From assembly GCA_964555545.1 (NCBI GenBank), contig CAZKSS010000001.1:14058-55083 (forward strand): 41,026 bases of DNA, written 5' to 3'. Source of the DNA: an uncultured Planctomycetales bacterium. Its GTDB lineage: Bacteria > Omnitrophota > Gorgyraeia > Gygaellales > Profunditerraquicolaceae. Within the stretch, counting starts at the first letter, position 1; every line of letters begins with the position of its first letter. Below are positions 40,430-41,026 of this stretch, one piece after another. The notes beneath the pieces are model-generated. The model had not been told where the DNA came from, did not search any database, and saw nothing but the letters and a program-made list of their open reading frames with translations. The position numbers and the translations under genes were made by a program.

Positions 40430-40502
40430 AGCCGGCGGGGGGACTTGGACCCTCGACCCGCGCTTTACGAAAGCGCTGCTCTACCAACTGAGCTACGCCG
40501 GC
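40430..40502 (-). tRNA. tRNA-Thr (anticodon CGU), no encoded CCA
   Basis: Acceptor stem GCCGGCG/CGCCGGC, canonical D arm (TAGCTCAGTTGGTAGAGC) and anticodon loop TTCGTAA. The T arm GAGGG-TCCAAGT-CCCCC has an A-C mismatch and C at position 55. Confidence 0.82.
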
Positions 40503-40516
40503 GTCACATTCGGGTA

Positions 40517-40545
40517 ATTATAGCATACAAAAAATAGATTGACAA
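40517..40545 (-). promoter_or_regulatory. Sigma70 promoter for tRNA-Thr / MFS / rnf transcription unit
   Basis: Minus strand reads TTGTCA, a 17-nt spacer, then TATAAT. The -10 ends 14 nt upstream of the tRNA 5' end. Confidence 0.6.
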
Positions 40546-40566
40546 AATAAAAAAGCCTGGTATACT
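40539..40566 (+). promoter_or_regulatory. Sigma70 promoter for the cold-shock gene
   Basis: Reads TTGACA, a 16-nt spacer, then TATACT. This gives a ~120-nt leader, as is typical for cspA-family genes. Confidence 0.55.
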
Positions 40567-40620
40567 TCTTTTAGTTGTGAAGCAAGTCAAGGAGTAAGGA
40601 TATTGTCAGTCAACAAGAAA

Positions 40621-40664
40621 AACCGTAAAGCAAGGAAATTACTATTGTGCTCTACGGTTTTTTT
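40621..40664 (+). promoter_or_regulatory. Terminator-like hairpin with U-tract inside the csp 5' leader
   Basis: AACCGTA (40621-40627) pairs with TACGGTT (40653-40659). The 3' arm runs into a 7-T run at 40658-40664, ending 28 nt before the csp ATG. Confidence 0.4.
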
Positions 40665-40692
40665 ATTGGTGAAGGGGGTGAAAGAGTAAGAA

Positions 40693-40902
40693 ATGGCAAG
40701 GGGTAAAGTAAAGTGGTTTAGCAATCAAAAGGGTTATGGTTTTATCACTGCTGATACGGGTAAAGACGTGTTTGTGCATTACAGCGCGATCAAAGGTGAT
40801 GGCTACAAGAGCCTGCAAGAGGGCGATGAGGTAGAGTTTGAGATTACGCAGGGCCCTAAGGGAGAACAAGCGACCAACGTAACCAAGGCAGGCGCAGTCT
40901 AA
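40693..40902 (+). CDS. csp: Cold-shock protein (CspA family)
   Basis: 69-aa ORF with the RNP1 motif KGYGFI and the RNP2 motif VFVHYS. Confidence 0.96.
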   Translation: MARGKVKWFSNQKGYGFITADTGKDVFVHYSAIKGDGYKSLQEGDEVEFEITQGPKGEQATNVTKAGAV

Positions 40903-40929
40903 CCTCTCCAGTCGCCTCCAAAATAAAAA

Positions 40930-40970
40930 CCCCGCTTAAGGATTTTAGTCCTTGCGGGGTCATGTTTGTT
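40930..40970 (+). terminator. Probable terminator hairpin after csp
   Basis: CCCCGC..AAGGA / TCCTT..GCGGGG stem (40930-40959) followed by the T-rich run TCATGTTTGTT. Confidence 0.55.
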
Positions 40971-41026
40971 CCTCCTTTCTGGTTTTTGGTTTTCCCAAAC
41001 TAATTATACCAAAAAGGTTAACATGA

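Noticed and set aside
40663-40869. A 68-aa minus-strand ORF overlapping csp.
   Set aside because: It runs antisense to a near-canonical cold-shock gene, has no RBS and has hydrophobic, low-information sequence.

Overview
This is a compact bacterial segment coded almost entirely on the minus strand. Many genes have 4-nt start/stop overlaps. The Rnf complex and the AsmA-like and OMP genes suggest an uncultivated anaerobic diderm, but taxonomy cannot be assigned from this window.

Minus-strand content, read from high to low coordinates:
- tRNA-Thr, an MFS transporter, rnfC-G-D-E-A-B and purN
- eno, ftsB, tRNA-fMet and a terminator
- a GH94-like phosphorylase
- a long purine/one-carbon operon behind its own extended -10 promoter: purB, a purS-purS-purL fusion, a LOG-family gene, purQ, a purF paralog, purF, purM, two unknown small genes, purD, purE, a tsaC::LMW-phosphatase fusion, rpiB, glyA, dCMP deaminase, nrdR and a bifunctional nuclease
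- a type II R-M pair, cca, STAS-PilZ, an AsmA-like gene, an OMP, malQ and a macro-Nudix fusion

The plus strand carries only an ftsH-like protease, a lipoprotein and a cspA-family gene.

Most notable non-standard signals:
1. A structured, apparently non-coding element of about 440 nt occurs twice. It is intact at 28953-29390 and split at 8151-8360 plus 9961-10190. In the split copy the AT-rich R-M gene pair sits exactly between the element's variable 5' domain and conserved 3' domain. I could not match it to RNase P, tmRNA, a group I/II intron or any other class I know.
2. Tandem heptanucleotide repeats (exact to degenerate, 4-5 units) lie inside the open reading frames of purD, purM, purQ, purL (three sites) and rnfC (two sites).
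3. A PurF paralog has Ser in place of the N-terminal nucleophile Cys.
4. There are several unusual fusions and placements: PurS-PurS-PurL, TsaC-LMW-PTP, STAS-PilZ, macro-Nudix, LOG between purL and purQ, and purN coupled to rnfB.

All similarity statements come from reading the sequence by eye. No database search or computation was run.
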